64,000 nucleotides of DNA from assembly GCA_036867785.1 (NCBI GenBank), contig CP145409.1, positions 682,001 to 746,000 of the forward strand, written 5' to 3'. Both the position numbers and the translations under genes were made by a program. The notes beneath the pieces are model-generated. The model saw only the letters and a list, made by a program, of their open reading frames with translations. It ran no database searches and was not told where the DNA came from. Origin of the DNA: Plasmodiophora brassicae (Eukaryota). This document shows, piece by piece, positions 47,846 through 59,666 of the stretch; the stretch's first letter is position 1; the number at the start of each line of letters is the position of its first letter.

Positions 47846-48542
47846 TTATGCTTTAAAGTAGTTGTCAATAATGTGGCAGATCATTGGTTGATTTGCAGGG
47901 TGTTGCGTATCTTTCGAGGTCGGTTTCTTTGATAAGTCGAAAGTAGTCTCCGGTTGACCTCTGGCACTTGCCCTCAATTGTGCTGTTGCCAAGTAGGCAG
48001 GCTGCTCAAGTTCGAAAACACGCCTGATCTTCTTGTCGTCGACGCCCGTCCCGCGGTTCCTGATTGCCGTCCTGGATTCTTCGATAATCTCTGAGATTGA
48101 CCGTCGGCGCTTTCCAGAATTATGGCTTGCCCCATGCTGCACAGGGGTATCCGTCATCACTGACTTATCTGTTCAAGCGACGTTATTTCGTGTCGCCGCC
48201 CCATAATTCTCCACATAATACGTACGCAAGGCCTGCTCAAGCTTATGCGCGTACGGGTGGCGTCTTTGTGTATGAGCAGGAAGCGACTCTTTGGTTCGGC
48301 GTTTCGCTTCGCGCCTAATCAGGTACCTGTTGCGAGCGGTCTGGTCACGCGCGGCCAACTGGTTCAGTTCGTTCTGAGCGACCAGGCCTCGAACGCCACC
48401 AAGGGTCGCCCTTTCCCTCAGGACCTGCAAGCGCTGTTGATCGAAGCCGAAATCTACAGTATGTCGATCAGTATATAAGTACAACCCGGTTCTGATGGAA
48501 GCGTAGCAAAGGGCTACCTGGGGAGGGGCTCCGCTCAGCCAT
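47846..48542 (-). CDS. Hypothetical protein carrying a copy of the actin-bundler-like GGVxGL..NEL motif; start uncertain
   Basis: ORF pieces 48173-48484 and 47846-48160; LRERATLGGVRGLVAQNELNQLAARDQT. Confidence 0.45.
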
Positions 48543-48715
48543 TGTCAGGACCGACAACACAATGGGCAACGAACGTGGCACGCGCTCACAGACTCGTGAC
48601 GCATTCTTGGGTGGACGGATGACGGGCGCCTACTATACCGGCCATGGTGGATCACCTCGAGTGCTGTCATGACGAGATCGACACTGCGCCGGCGCAGTTT
48701 GTTCCCGACGACTTC

Positions 48716-50849
48716 ATGACGCCTGCCCTGCGCCTGTTGCCGATACTGCCACCGTTACACGCCCGACGATGTATGAATCGCATGCACGGGCACTGGTCAG
48801 TGGCATCGTGAAATCATGCTCGCCTGTGTCGGTGACGCGCGCGGTTCCACAGGGTACGGCAGCGTTGGTCGTCGGCGCTGGCAGCAGAGCTGACATCGTC
48901 ATCCGGCAAGTTTCATCGTCCCACGGTCGACTTTAGTGTGGACCAGACGGAGACAATATTTGCATTGTGCTCGGGGGCTTCGCGGGCTGCCATTGCTGTG
49001 TTTCGTATCAGCGGCGCCAATTCCCACAGGGCCTTCCTCGAACTGACTGGACGGCAGACAGTTCCTCCTGAAAGGAAGGCGACATTAGGTAGCGCGAATC
49101 GCCTTTGTCTTGGCAATAATGACGCGCGGTTAACGTACGCCCAGTATCGTTAATCGACCCAAGGACAAAGTCGGCGATCGATTCGCAGGCTCTGGCCATC
49201 TGCTTCATGGCACCCCGATCGTTCACGGGCGAAGACACTGTCGAACTCCATACGCACGCGTCACCTGCTATTGTCCGGCAATTGCTAGACGTACTGCACG
49301 GTTGCGGCTTGGTACATGTACGGTCGTCTGCCTACGTTCCATCGTGTTGATGGAATCACTAGGCGCGTGAGGCGACACCTGGAGAGTTCACCCGCCGAGC
49401 GATGTACAGTGGCAAGATGGATGTCGTGCAAGTAGAGGGCCTTGCAGACTTACTGAAAGCACAAACCGCCCTTCAGAAAGGTGCGGCGTTTGTCGTTGTC
49501 GCTGAGGGCTCGACAACTGACAGATTATCTGCCATAGATCAGGCGCTGGACCAGATGCGCGGCGTCAGCTCGTCGGTCTTCAACACGTGGCGAGAGACAA
49601 TCGTGAAGTGCATTGCGCATATCGAAGCGGTGATTGATTTCTCCGAGGATGAGGATGATGTCAACGAGGGTAAGGCTTAGGATGTGACGCGTGCCGTACG
49701 TTGTATCGACCTCCTTCCCGTAGGATCAACAATGGCTAGAGTTCTCGGTACAATCAGTGAGCTGATTCAAGAAATCCGATCGCAGTTGAACGATGCTCGT
49801 CGAGGGGAAATTATTCGAGAGGGCGTCGGTATGCCCCTTTTCGAAATTATGGCATTAGGCATTACCAGCTCTGAGCAAGCGTATTGGTAGATATGGCTAT
49901 TGTCGGCGAGTGCAACGTGGGCAAGAGCTCTTTAATGAACACCCTCATCCAGCACGAAGTCTCCATTGTTACACCAATCCCTGGAACCACAAGGTAGCAG
50001 TTAACTGTGGGTTTAATATTAACGCCGTTCGCTGTCTCATGTCGTTCACAGGGACGTTGTGGAACGGACCCTTGACGTGAACGGCGTCCCCGTTGTCATC
50101 GCTGATACGGCCGGGTTTCGCGACGCCACTGACGCTGTGGAAGTTGCTGGCATTCGGCTGAGTTCGGCGAGGCTGGATCGGGCACACTTAGTCGTCGTTG
50201 TTGTTGACGCTGCACAGCCGGATGTCCATCATCCGGTCCTTGTCGAGCAACTGACTCGCCGTGAGCGTCGGGTTATTCTGATCATCAACAAGATCGACCT
50301 GTTGTCGACTGACAGCGAGCAGATCATACGTAAGACGTCGCTATTGCTTCGTGGCGTGCACGTGACCATTCTCTGCGTAGGCGAGATCAGAGCCAAATTC
50401 CCTCGCGCTTCTCCTGTCTGCGTTTCTGTCAAGACCGGCGAAAACATGGACGCCCTATTCGATGCTATATCTCACAATGTCGAAGAACTGTGAGACGCTG
50501 TTGGACAGCAATCACCTCGTTTCTCACGTAACGGTTCTGCACAGGACCCGGGGTCCTTCAGTCGGATCAACGTCGAATTCATCAGTTGTAACGAGAAGTC
50601 GGCACCGTCGACTGCTGGCTGAGGCACTGGATAATCTGTCGAAGTTTCAGCAACCTGGGCTGCCCCTGGATGCGCGCGCCGAGGTTGGCCCTGTGGCATG
50701 CACAGCGTGTCACCACTGCCCCGTAACTGATGTGGAATCAGGATCTACGTTATGCTGTTCGCTGTCTGGCCAAGCTGACGGTTGCCGATTATGTCCATAC
50801 TGAAGAGATCCTCGACGTCATATTCCGCGATTTCTGTATTGGCAAATAG
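48716..50849 (+). CDS. GTPBP3: tRNA modification GTPase MnmE/GTPBP3 (organellar type); start approximate
   Basis: [86 protein letters not shown]. Confidence 0.95.
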
Positions 50850-50930
50850 AACCTTCAGTTTATTCTGAGGATATACATCACGCGACCCATTGTGATGAGC
50901 AGTAGATCCTAAGTCTTGCGCTTGCCAGTA

Positions 50931-52634
50931 TCAGATGCTATCGTCGAAACCCATTGCTGTCAACTGCTCCTGTCTGACTTCTTCCGTTCCCTCATCGTAG
51001 CCCTCCTGGCCTTTTCCGATCATGTGGAGAACAGAGTCTTTCGCGGTCACATACGCGCCCTTGACCGATTCGCCCACGTCGCTGGCCTTCTGCTGCACGG
51101 CTTCTTTGACGGCTTCAGCGCGCTCTCGGATACCTTCCCGAATGTCGGACGCCTTGTGAAGAACGCTCTCCTTCACCGCTTCCTTTTGCGACCACGTCGC
51201 TTCGCTGACCTGATGGGCCTTGTCTTGGACGGTTTCCTTCGCGCCCGTCACCTTGTCGCTGATGCCCTGCTTGGTGGCCTCAGCTCGCTCCCCGATTGCT
51301 TCCCGGACATCGCCGGCCTTCTGCTGGACGGCTTCCACGCCCGCCTGCTGCTTCTCGCGAATCGCTTCGCCCATGTCGCTCGCCTTCTCCTTCAACGACG
51401 TGGCCATCTCCCCGACCTTCTCTTTCACAGCCTCCTTGGCATCGCCCAGTTTATCGGGGATCGCGGTGACCGTCTCCACCGTCTTCTCCTTCGCCAGGTA
51501 CAGCTTCCCGCGAATGCCTTCCGTGGCCTGCTCCACACCTTCTTCCGCGGCCTCCTTCTTCTCATGAAGTGTCTCGCCAGCGCGACTTGCGGCTTGCTGC
51601 GCGCTCTCCTTCAAGTCCTCCGTCTTCTGCACGGCACCTTCTTTGAGACGTTCGGCACCCTCTTTCGTCTTGTCTTTCGCGGCGTGCAGCTTCTCGCTGG
51701 CGGCTCTACCCGCATCAGTTGCGGCCTCCTTTGCTGTCTCCTTCTTCTGCACGGCACCTTCTTTGAGTCCTTCGGCGCTCTCCTTGGTCTTCTCCTTCGC
51801 CGCCTGCAACTTCGCGCTGGCGCGTTCAGCCACATCTCCCACGACATCCTTGGCTGCGTCCTTCTTCTCGCGAAGCGTCTCTCCAACGTTGCTCATGGCT
51901 TGCGTCGTGCTCGCCTTCAGCTCGTCCTTCTTCTGCACGGCGCCTTCTTTGAGTCGCTCGGCGCCCTCTATGGACTTCTCTTTCGCTGCGTGCAACTTCT
52001 CGCTGGCCCGCTCAGCTAGATCGCCTCCGGCTTCTTTAGCTGCATGCCCCTTGTCGCGAATCGTTTCTCCAGCTCGGCTTGCCGCCTGCTGCACCCTCTC
52101 CTTCAATTCGTCCTTCTTCTGTACAGCGCCTTCTTTGACACGTTGAGCACCCTCTTTGGTATCCTCCTTTGCCGAGTCCAACTTTTCGCGAGCGCCTTCG
52201 GTGACACGCTCGAAGCCTTCCGCCGCAGCCTCCTTCTTCTCACGAAGTGTCTCCCCAGCGTTCCTAGCCGCATGTCGTGCGCGCTCATTCAGTTCCTCCT
52301 TCCTTTCCCTGGCACCCTCTTCCGCGCGCTCGGCACCTTCCCTGACGCCTTCTTGCTGTTCGGACAACTTCACTCCAAGACGCTCAGCCTCCTCGCGCCC
52401 GGCTTCCGTCATGGCATTCTGCTTCCTGTTGGTCGTCCCAACCAGCTCGCCGACCTTCTCCTGGGCTTGCCTGCCGTAGTGCTTCGCGGCTTCACCGATC
52501 TCGCCGACCTTCTGCCGGACAGCATGCCCGGCTTGCATGGCCTCGTCCAGCATTTCGTTCTCCTGTTTCAGCGCGTGCGCCTTCTCCCGCTCGACGTCCT
52601 CAGCAGCACGCCGACGTCCTTCGACACTCTCCAT
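50931..52634 (-). CDS. Group 3 LEA-like (late embryogenesis abundant) protein, intronless
   Basis: About 567 aa rich in A/E/K, with amphipathic repeats such as AKEKTKEGAERLKEGAVQKK and almost no Cys, Trp or aromatic residues. Confidence 0.85.
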   Translation of the reverse strand: MESVEGRRRAAEDVEREKAHALKQENEMLDEAMQAGHAVRQKVGEIGEAAKHYGRQAQEKVGELVGTTNRKQNAMTEAGREEAERLGVKLSEQQEGVREGAERAEEGARERKEELNERARHAARNAGETLREKKEAAAEGFERVTEGAREKLDSAKEDTKEGAQRVKEGAVQKKDELKERVQQAASRAGETIRDKGHAAKEAGGDLAERASEKLHAAKEKSIEGAERLKEGAVQKKDELKASTTQAMSNVGETLREKKDAAKDVVGDVAERASAKLQAAKEKTKESAEGLKEGAVQKKETAKEAATDAGRAASEKLHAAKDKTKEGAERLKEGAVQKTEDLKESAQQAASRAGETLHEKKEAAEEGVEQATEGIRGKLYLAKEKTVETVTAIPDKLGDAKEAVKEKVGEMATSLKEKASDMGEAIREKQQAGVEAVQQKAGDVREAIGERAEATKQGISDKVTGAKETVQDKAHQVSEATWSQKEAVKESVLHKASDIREGIRERAEAVKEAVQQKASDVGESVKGAYVTAKDSVLHMIGKGQEGYDEGTEEVRQEQLTAMGFDDSI

Positions 52635-53324
52635 GTTGTCGTTCCCCTCCGATCCGACCAACTGTCGCCACAAACCGAATGAATACGAGTATGGCCGCGG
52701 GTCGGTCGGCGGATTCACTGGTTATACCGCGGTGGTATCTATCAATAGCCGTCTCGGAACAGGGTCCCCGAGCAGCAACTTCCCGATCCGATGACCATTA
52801 CCGACGGAACATTCCGAGTTCTGACTCTACTGCCATGACTGTGTCTTCTGATTATAGGGGGTTGGCACCACCCTAATCGTCGCATAGTATGTATGCCCGA
52901 TATCCTGCCTTAGGCAGGTGGCCGTCGTTCGTCGTTGCCAGACTCTGTGTGCGACTACCTTAGTGGGCAGGCGGTCGATTCGGACTACCAACGGTAGTGC
53001 GGCACATCTGCGAGGTTATCGCGCCTTTGTCGCACAAAGAGCATCAGCTGACAGCTCCTACCCACATGACGTTAAAGCCGTGTTGACCCTTCGCCACACA
53101 GAAAACGCGCAGAACGTCCTGGCGCATGCACTATCCCTTATACGACCGTTATTCGACGAGCTGGACTCCCGCTTGCCGGACCCTAACCCGGTGTTTGCCG
53201 CAAATCATTCCGCTGCGTTGCTGCTCAGGTGCATGCTGCCGATCTGTCGTCCGACAGGGACAGGCGACATCCGGGAAAGTCCGTGCGGAACTGCCGCAGG
53301 GAGTCTTGTCGCAGCGCCGACGAC

Positions 53325-54965
53325 ATGTCGAACTTCAACCCGAGCGCCGCCGAGTTCGTACCGCGTTTCGACGCGCCCACCTTCATGCCCGGTGCCGGCC
53401 TGCCAGCGGCACCGCCGGCTGAATCCTGGGAGGACGATGCCGTAGAGCAGGTCGCGCAGCAGGTGGCGGCTGTCGACATTGCGAAGCCCGAGCCATCGCG
53501 CCCTGCGAAGGCTGCCAGGGAAGCTGCTCCCCCGAAAGTACCTGCTTCCTCTGCTCAGCCTGCCACCGCGCCTGCGCCTGCACCGGAACCCGAAGAGGAG
53601 GAGGAGGAGGAGGAAGAGGTTATCGACCAGTCACTGTTCCATGACCAACGTGAGAACGTCAACGTCGTGTTCATTGGACACGTTGATGCCGGCAAATCCA
53701 CCATTTCCGGCAACCTGCTTGTTCTAACCGGCCAGGTCGACCAGCGAACCGTCGCCAAATACGAGAAAGAAGCGAAGGATAAGAACCGGGAGTCCTGGTA
53801 CCTGGCATACATTATGGACACGAACGAGGAGGAGCGCATCAAAGGGAAGACTTCGGAGACGGGACGCGGACAGTTCGAAACGAAGTCGAAGCGATACACG
53901 ATCCTGGACGCGCCTGGTCACAAGACGTTCGTCCCGAACATGATCATGGGGACGTCGCAGGCCGACATTGGCGTGCTTGTGATCTCCGCGCGAAAGGGCG
54001 AGTTCGAGACCGGGTTCGACCGTGGTGGGCAGACCCGGGAGCACGCCCTATTGGCGAAGACTCTCGGTGTCGACAAGCTCATTGTAGTCGTTAACAAGAT
54101 GGATGAGCCATCGGTGAAGTGGAGCGAGGAACGGTACAATGAGATCGTCACGAAGCTGACGCCGTTCATGAAGCGCTGCGGATTCCAGCTGAAGAAGTCG
54201 CTGTGGTTCCTGCCCTGCTCGGGCATGACGGGCGCGAACTTGGTCGAACCCGTCAAACCGGACGTCTGCCCTTGGTGGAAGGACGGCTACTCGCTCATTA
54301 GCCTCATTGACTCGATGCCAGATATGACGCGGGACCCGACCGCCCCCATTCGTATTCCTGTGTCTGGACGGTACAAGGAGATGGGTTGCACCTTCATCAT
54401 GGGCAAGATCGAGGTCGGCACGCTGACGATGAAGTCGAAGCTGTGCCTCGTTCCGGGTGGGCAACGCATTGAACTGGTCGGCATCCTGACCGATGACCAG
54501 GAGATGCAGTGCTGCCGGCCTGGAGAAAACATCATTCTGAAATGCCGAGGCGTCGAAGAAGAGGACGTTCGTAGCGGCCAGGTCGTATGCCCTGTCAAGC
54601 ATCAGTGCAAGGTCTCCAACGAGTTCGTCGTCCAGATGCAGGTTACGGATCTCCTTGAACATAAGCCGATCATCGCTGCTGGCTACCAGGCCGTCCTCCA
54701 TATCCACAGCGTCATCACTGAATGTCAGATCTCCAAGCTCCTGTTCGAGTGCGATTCGCAGGGTCGCAGAAAGAAGAAGCCGCCTGTGTTCGTCAAGTCG
54801 CATGCCATCGTCATCTGCGTCATCACCACCGACTACCCGATCGCAATTGAAACGTTCAAAGACCGTCCACAGCTCGGTCGTCTGACGCTGCGCGATGAGG
54901 GAAAGACGATCGCCATTGGCAAGGTCTTGTCGCTGACGGTACCAACTGGTGGAGCCTCTGTGTAA
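53325..54965 (+). CDS. SUP35: Eukaryotic release factor 3, intronless
   Basis: PAM2 motif SNFNPSAAEFVP; GHVDAGKST, ESWYLAYIMDTNEEER, DAPGH, GQTREH, NKMD, LGRLTLRDEGKTIAIGKV. Confidence 0.97.
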   Translation: MSNFNPSAAEFVPRFDAPTFMPGAGLPAAPPAESWEDDAVEQVAQQVAAVDIAKPEPSRPAKAAREAAPPKVPASSAQPATAPAPAPEPEEEEEEEEEVIDQSLFHDQRENVNVVFIGHVDAGKSTISGNLLVLTGQVDQRTVAKYEKEAKDKNRESWYLAYIMDTNEEERIKGKTSETGRGQFETKSKRYTILDAPGHKTFVPNMIMGTSQADIGVLVISARKGEFETGFDRGGQTREHALLAKTLGVDKLIVVVNKMDEPSVKWSEERYNEIVTKLTPFMKRCGFQLKKSLWFLPCSGMTGANLVEPVKPDVCPWWKDGYSLISLIDSMPDMTRDPTAPIRIPVSGRYKEMGCTFIMGKIEVGTLTMKSKLCLVPGGQRIELVGILTDDQEMQCCRPGENIILKCRGVEEEDVRSGQVVCPVKHQCKVSNEFVVQMQVTDLLEHKPIIAAGYQAVLHIHSVITECQISKLLFECDSQGRRKKKPPVFVKSHAIVICVITTDYPIAIETFKDRPQLGRLTLRDEGKTIAIGKVLSLTVPTGGASV

Positions 54966-55145
54966 AGCGCTACGGTCGACGCGTTCCAGCTTTGCTACCA
55001 GTATCCTATCTCGGCAGTGATAAACCTCGTTGTGCCAGCCTCTATCGCATTCTGGATTCTCCCTCCCGGCTCGCAATTCTCGAAGGTTCGCCCTGACGAC
55101 CCACACGGGTGCAAACGTCTGTTGTACTGCCAATAGTATACCGGC

Positions 55146-55914
55146 ATGTCGGTGCGTATAACGGTTCCAGACGCGTCAAGAACCACAGGGGCGTATGGGC
55201 GCCAGCACGTTGTGTACCATGTTCGCGTTGAAGGGCGGCGCCTGGATCAGACCGTCGGACGGAAATTCAGTGAATTCGTTGCGTTCGATGCTCAGTGGCG
55301 CTCTATGTGAGGCGGTGGTCGTCGTGGCGTCTGCCGGCAGTGCCCCTGACGAATCTGCTAGGGAACCGGGTATCGCCATAAGCCTGCCGCCCAGAGTGTT
55401 CTGGCGTAACAGATCCGCCCGCGTTGTCAACGAGCGAAGGCGCATGCTGCAATCCTACCTGAACGCGTTACAGCACGTGAGCGCCGTTTGGCCTGATCTA
55501 TGCCGGTTCGTCGAAGCGCCAGTTCGGCTTTTTCTGGGCGCTGCACCACCATTAACGATTGAGTACTGCTGCCCCGTCCCGCAGCAAGAGGAGCAAACCA
55601 TGGAGGGTATCAACGCATCAAGCGGCGCCAGCGATACCAATGGCGCTGCTGAACATGACCTTGAAGGCATGTCAGGAGAAACCACGTCACAGGCGAGTTT
55701 TCGCAAGAGCGCGAGCAACGGTGCTTGTAAACGCCGAGGGGAACTCTACCGATGCCTGGCGCCGTTCTCAGCGGGGAGCTCCAACCAACTATCGTTGTCG
55801 CTGGGCGAGATCGTCGCAGTGGTGGCCACCGACACGTCGAAGGGATGGCACTTCGGTCGCAACCAATCCGGCCGGTTCGGGTACGTGCCAGCACCGTACC
55901 TGGAACGCCTGTGA
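55146..55914 (+). CDS. PX domain + SH3 domain protein
   Basis: PX: HVVYHVRV..RKFSEFVAFD..LPPRVFW..VNERRRMLQSYLNAL. SH3: YRCLAPF..QLSLSLGEIV..GWHFG..GYVPAPYL. Confidence 0.85.
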
Positions 55915-56009
55915 CATAAAACCGTTCTTGGTGCGCGGCAACTGCGCAGCGCCGAGCGTCGTCCGGCGCGACACTGCTGCCCGCAGCAACGTACGCGTCC
56001 GTCCCCAGC

Positions 56010-56871
56010 ATGTTTAAGAAGTAGGGGAGCGCTGCAACGGGGGAGTCGACGAGCATCGTGTCGAACGCTGATGACTGGCCGACAGGTTCACCCGTAACGA
56101 CGATGTCGCGTCCTATACGCAAGTGAAGTCGTCCGAGGCCAGGCGCATCCGCAAGAGCATCTCGGAGCAGTACCCGGATTACGACGAGCAGTTCGATGCG
56201 ATCTTCAAGAAGAAAGCACCGATGCATGTCGCGAAATGGTACGGCAGGCGTGCTGACGCTGTTGCTGTTGTTGCATCTGACGCGCGATTGCTGATGGCAC
56301 GTAGCCACAACCACGTGCAGTTGATCGCCGACGAGAACAACGTCATCTGGTTCTTCTCGTACCGGAAATCTGAATTTATTCCTACCCTGCGGACGCTTCA
56401 CCGATGTAGTCGAGCGTGTTTCAGCGTATGCTGCCCGGGGGCTGATTTGTGTTCCCAGTTCCGAAGATGCTCCCGGTCCTGCAAGTCGATCGCGGCGCCA
56501 TCAAGTTCGTCCTCAGCGGCGCCAATATCATGAGCCCCGGCCTGACGTCACCAGGCGGCAGAATGGACACCGACGTTGACCAGGATACCGTTTGCGTACG
56601 TCGTCCAGGCAGCCGGCCCAGTCGACTTTGTGACCCACTGAACCTCGGTCGACAGGCGATCTATGCCGAAGGCAAAGAGCACGCCCTGGCAATCGGCGTC
56701 ACAAAGATGTCCACTGAGAAAATGTACGACACATGCGATTGGCAATGCGTCCCGGCCGTTCGATGACCCGTGTTTGTGTCTCCTGCCGCCAGTCGATCGG
56801 AGAACAAAGGCATTGCCGTTGACGTCCTCCACCATCTGAACGATGGCCTGTGGACCATGCCGTCCCTGTGA
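56010..56871 (+). CDS. MCTS1: MCT-1/Tma20 translation factor (PUA domain)
   Basis: MFKKF.., [53 protein letters not shown]. Confidence 0.92.
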
Positions 56872-57002
56872 TTGCCAACCTATGCTATACACACACAGAC
56901 ACACACTCACCTGTCGAATTACAATATCTGGGTGTCCCGGTCGACGACCCAGTGGGGCAGCAGTAGGCGGGTACGACGGCCGTCAGATCAGGCAGACCGT
57001 CA

Positions 57003-57587
57003 ATGGGCGGCGGATTGCGAGCCGGCATGATGACCGACGGGCGGGCGTCGCTGGGCAACCTGCCCCGGCACGGCGCGCTCACCGACGACACGTGCACGAT
57101 GATGTACGAGCGAGCGCCGGCGCCCACGGTCACGGCCAGCACGTTGCCGCCCAGTCAGACGGTCGAATCCGACAGCACCCACATGGTACACGCCGCTGCC
57201 CGTCGCCTTCGTTCGCGGTTCGTCGAATTCATTCCCGTTGCACGACAGCTGGTCCGGCAGTTGATGATTCGACGGGAACGCGATCTGGAGCGATCGGGCA
57301 CGAAGCGTCCAGCGCCGGAAGCCTCCGGGTCGGGTGCATCGCCGGCGCCGAAACGGCGCATCCTGACCAGCCGCCGCGCGACCCGATTGCAGGAAGCCGC
57401 CGCCGCCGCCGCCACCACCACCGCGACCACATCATCCACCGGACGGTCGTCATCACCAACACCAGGACAGGGCACAACGCCGCCGACAACGACGAGTCGT
57501 GTGCGTCGGCGACGGCGGCCGTTCGGGTTACCCAGCGGCGGCCAGTCGTCGACGAGAAGCCATTCGAACAGTCCTGAACGAGATTAA
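57003..57587 (+). CDS. Hypothetical low-complexity basic protein
   Basis: 194-aa ORF with NLS-like KRP..PKRR. Several frames are open here, so the true frame and strand are uncertain. Confidence 0.3.
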   Translation: MGGGLRAGMMTDGRASLGNLPRHGALTDDTCTMMYERAPAPTVTASTLPPSQTVESDSTHMVHAAARRLRSRFVEFIPVARQLVRQLMIRRERDLERSGTKRPAPEASGSGASPAPKRRILTSRRATRLQEAAAAAATTTATTSSTGRSSSPTPGQGTTPPTTTSRVRRRRRPFGLPSGGQSSTRSHSNSPERD

Positions 57588-57776
57588 ACACATAATGTTG
57601 ATTTTCGATGCCGCCGGATGGCAGTACAGGTTAGCCAGTGAGTCAATGACGGGTCGTGGTGGCCTGGTGATTCACGACCCGGCGAAACGTGGGTGGCACT
57701 GGCCGTTCGCCGCCCGAACGCGTTCTTCGGCCGTCATTAGCTATTTTGGGCGTCACACGGCAGGCAGCTCGCAGCG

Positions 57777-58136
57777 ATGAGTGGCAGGCGTAGCGGGAAC
57801 GACCTGCAGTGGCACGACACCGGCAGCGTCATGGACGAGAACTGCCCGCCGCCGCCCGTCTACGAGGATGTACAGGGCGGCGAGCAGTCGGCGTCCAGCT
57901 CGACGGGCAACCTGAAGAAATACGGCGCGATCGCCGCCGGCGGCGTCGTGGCCGCATGCGTGCTGCCGACGTTCGTGCTGGTCGGCGCGGGCGTCGCCGC
58001 CGGGGCGTACGCGGCGCGCAGCGACAAGGTGAAGAACGCGGTCGGGTCCGCGAAGAAATCGATGGAGCGGACGTTCGCCAAGATGGCCGTCAAATCCGCC
58101 GTCTCACAAGCCACGTCAGGGCGGTCGCCAAAGTGA
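57777..58136 (+). CDS. Small hypothetical protein with a Gly/Ala-rich hydrophobic hairpin and PPxY motif
   Basis: PPPPVY, then AIAAGGVVAACVLPTFVLVGAGVAAGAYA; strong GC3 codon bias. Confidence 0.5.
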   Translation: MSGRRSGNDLQWHDTGSVMDENCPPPPVYEDVQGGEQSASSSTGNLKKYGAIAAGGVVAACVLPTFVLVGAGVAAGAYAARSDKVKNAVGSAKKSMERTFAKMAVKSAVSQATSGRSPK

Positions 58137-58426
58137 CACCTGTCGGCCAGCGACCATTTCTACCAATCGGGTTAGCATCGTGCGAATCAGTACACGAACG
58201 ATATCGTTAGAGCGATTGGGCTAAGTCTTCCCCGTTGTGCGAACGTCCATATAGGCGCCGCTTGGAGACGCATGTTCCTGAACGCGGGTCGAGCCCGTTA
58301 TGCCAGCGTTGCAGCGTGCTGCATGCGATATGTAGCTGGGCGTTGCCCGATCGGACAGGTGAGGACGATCGGCGCCGGTGCAGGAGGGGGTCGCCTCGCG
58401 CAGTCCGTCGTAACTGCAGTGTGAAG

Positions 58427-59666
58427 ATGTTCGCCCGACGGCAGCTGACGGCGTCGGCGTCGATCGTCAGGCTGGTTGCCGGGCGCCAGCCCGATGTCTG
58501 CCAGACGTATGCGACGATCGTGGCTCGTGGCACCGTTCATGAGCGGTCAGCGGTGGCACGTCGCCAGGTGTGTTGTCGACGCCGCTCGACGGCCTGGTGT
58601 TGCTGTCGTTTGCTGATTGGAGTCGTGGACAGCGTCTGGCTGCGGTAAGGCACATGAATTCGTTGGCGGTCCAGGAAGAAACGGAAGATGCCGAGAAGGA
58701 AGAGGAGGAGCAGGCCGAAGATGACGACTGCGTTGTTCGCCTTCGCGGGTTACCATTTGCCGCCAATGAAGAAGACATCCGTCAGTTCTTCGGAAATGGA
58801 ATCTGCATTTCAAGGCGCGACAATGCCATTGTTATTGGCTTGAGCAAGAGCAACCTCCCGACCGGGATGGCGTGGGTCCGTCTGGCGACGACCAGTGACT
58901 TCAACAAGGCTATTGCTCAGAACAAGAAGTATCTCGGCACGCGGTACATTGAGGTTTACCCGGCCACCGACCAAGATCTAGAGAACGCTGTCTTGGAGAA
59001 CGGATCCCGTTTCAACATCAGGCACAACTGCTACGCTCTCGTGTCACCCACGCGCATTCGTCTACAAGGCTTGCCGTTCACTAGCACGGCCGAAGATATC
59101 AAGGAATTCTTACGGTAGCGTCGTCCACTTTTAGTTCATAACCGTTTCTAACGCGACGCTGCCAGAGATTTCAAGGTTCCCGAAGGGTCGATTCGGCTGG
59201 GAGCCGACATGTCACGACGTTTGAGTGGCGTGGCTTGGGCGGATTTGGAGACCTCCGAAGAGGCTGACAGGGCTGTCAGGGAGCTGCATATGCAGCATCT
59301 AGGTGAACGGTACATTGAGGTTGTCAGAGAGACCAGGGATGCGCCACTGGGTGAGGACGAGTCTCGCGACGAAGTCAAGGTCGTACTGAAAGGCCTTCCG
59401 TACGACGCGAAGCGGTCGATGATCCTGAACTTTTTCAGGTCAGCGGCGGTCGTATTCAGTGGCCAATTGCATTGACATTCTGACGCGTGTCCTGCAGAGG
59501 ATATCTGGTTCTTCCGGACTCAGTCAACATTGAGCGGGACGCTTCAGGTAAGGGCACCGGTGTCGCAACTGTGTCCTTCGCAAGCGGACTGGAGGCAAAG
59601 CGTGCTATCAAGGAGCGCAATCGTACCTACATCAAGGATCGCTACATTGATGTGTCCCGCTTCTGA
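58427..59666 (+). CDS. RNA-binding protein with three quasi-RRMs (hnRNP F/H, GRSF1, ESRP-like)
   Basis: VVRLRGLPF..RYIEV, IRLQGLPF..RYIEV, VVLKGLPY..RYIDV. Confidence 0.85.

Noticed and set aside
50916-52682. Long plus-strand Leu/Arg/Phe-rich ORFs over the LEA gene
   Set aside because: Antisense frames of a repetitive A/E/K-coding sequence that lacks stop-generating codons.
53180-53192. ACCCTAACCC telo-box-like motif upstream of eRF3
   Set aside because: Single short imperfect match; expected by chance.
54048-55133. 361-aa antisense ORF over eRF3
   Set aside because: Shadow of a GC3-biased sense gene; no recognisable domain.
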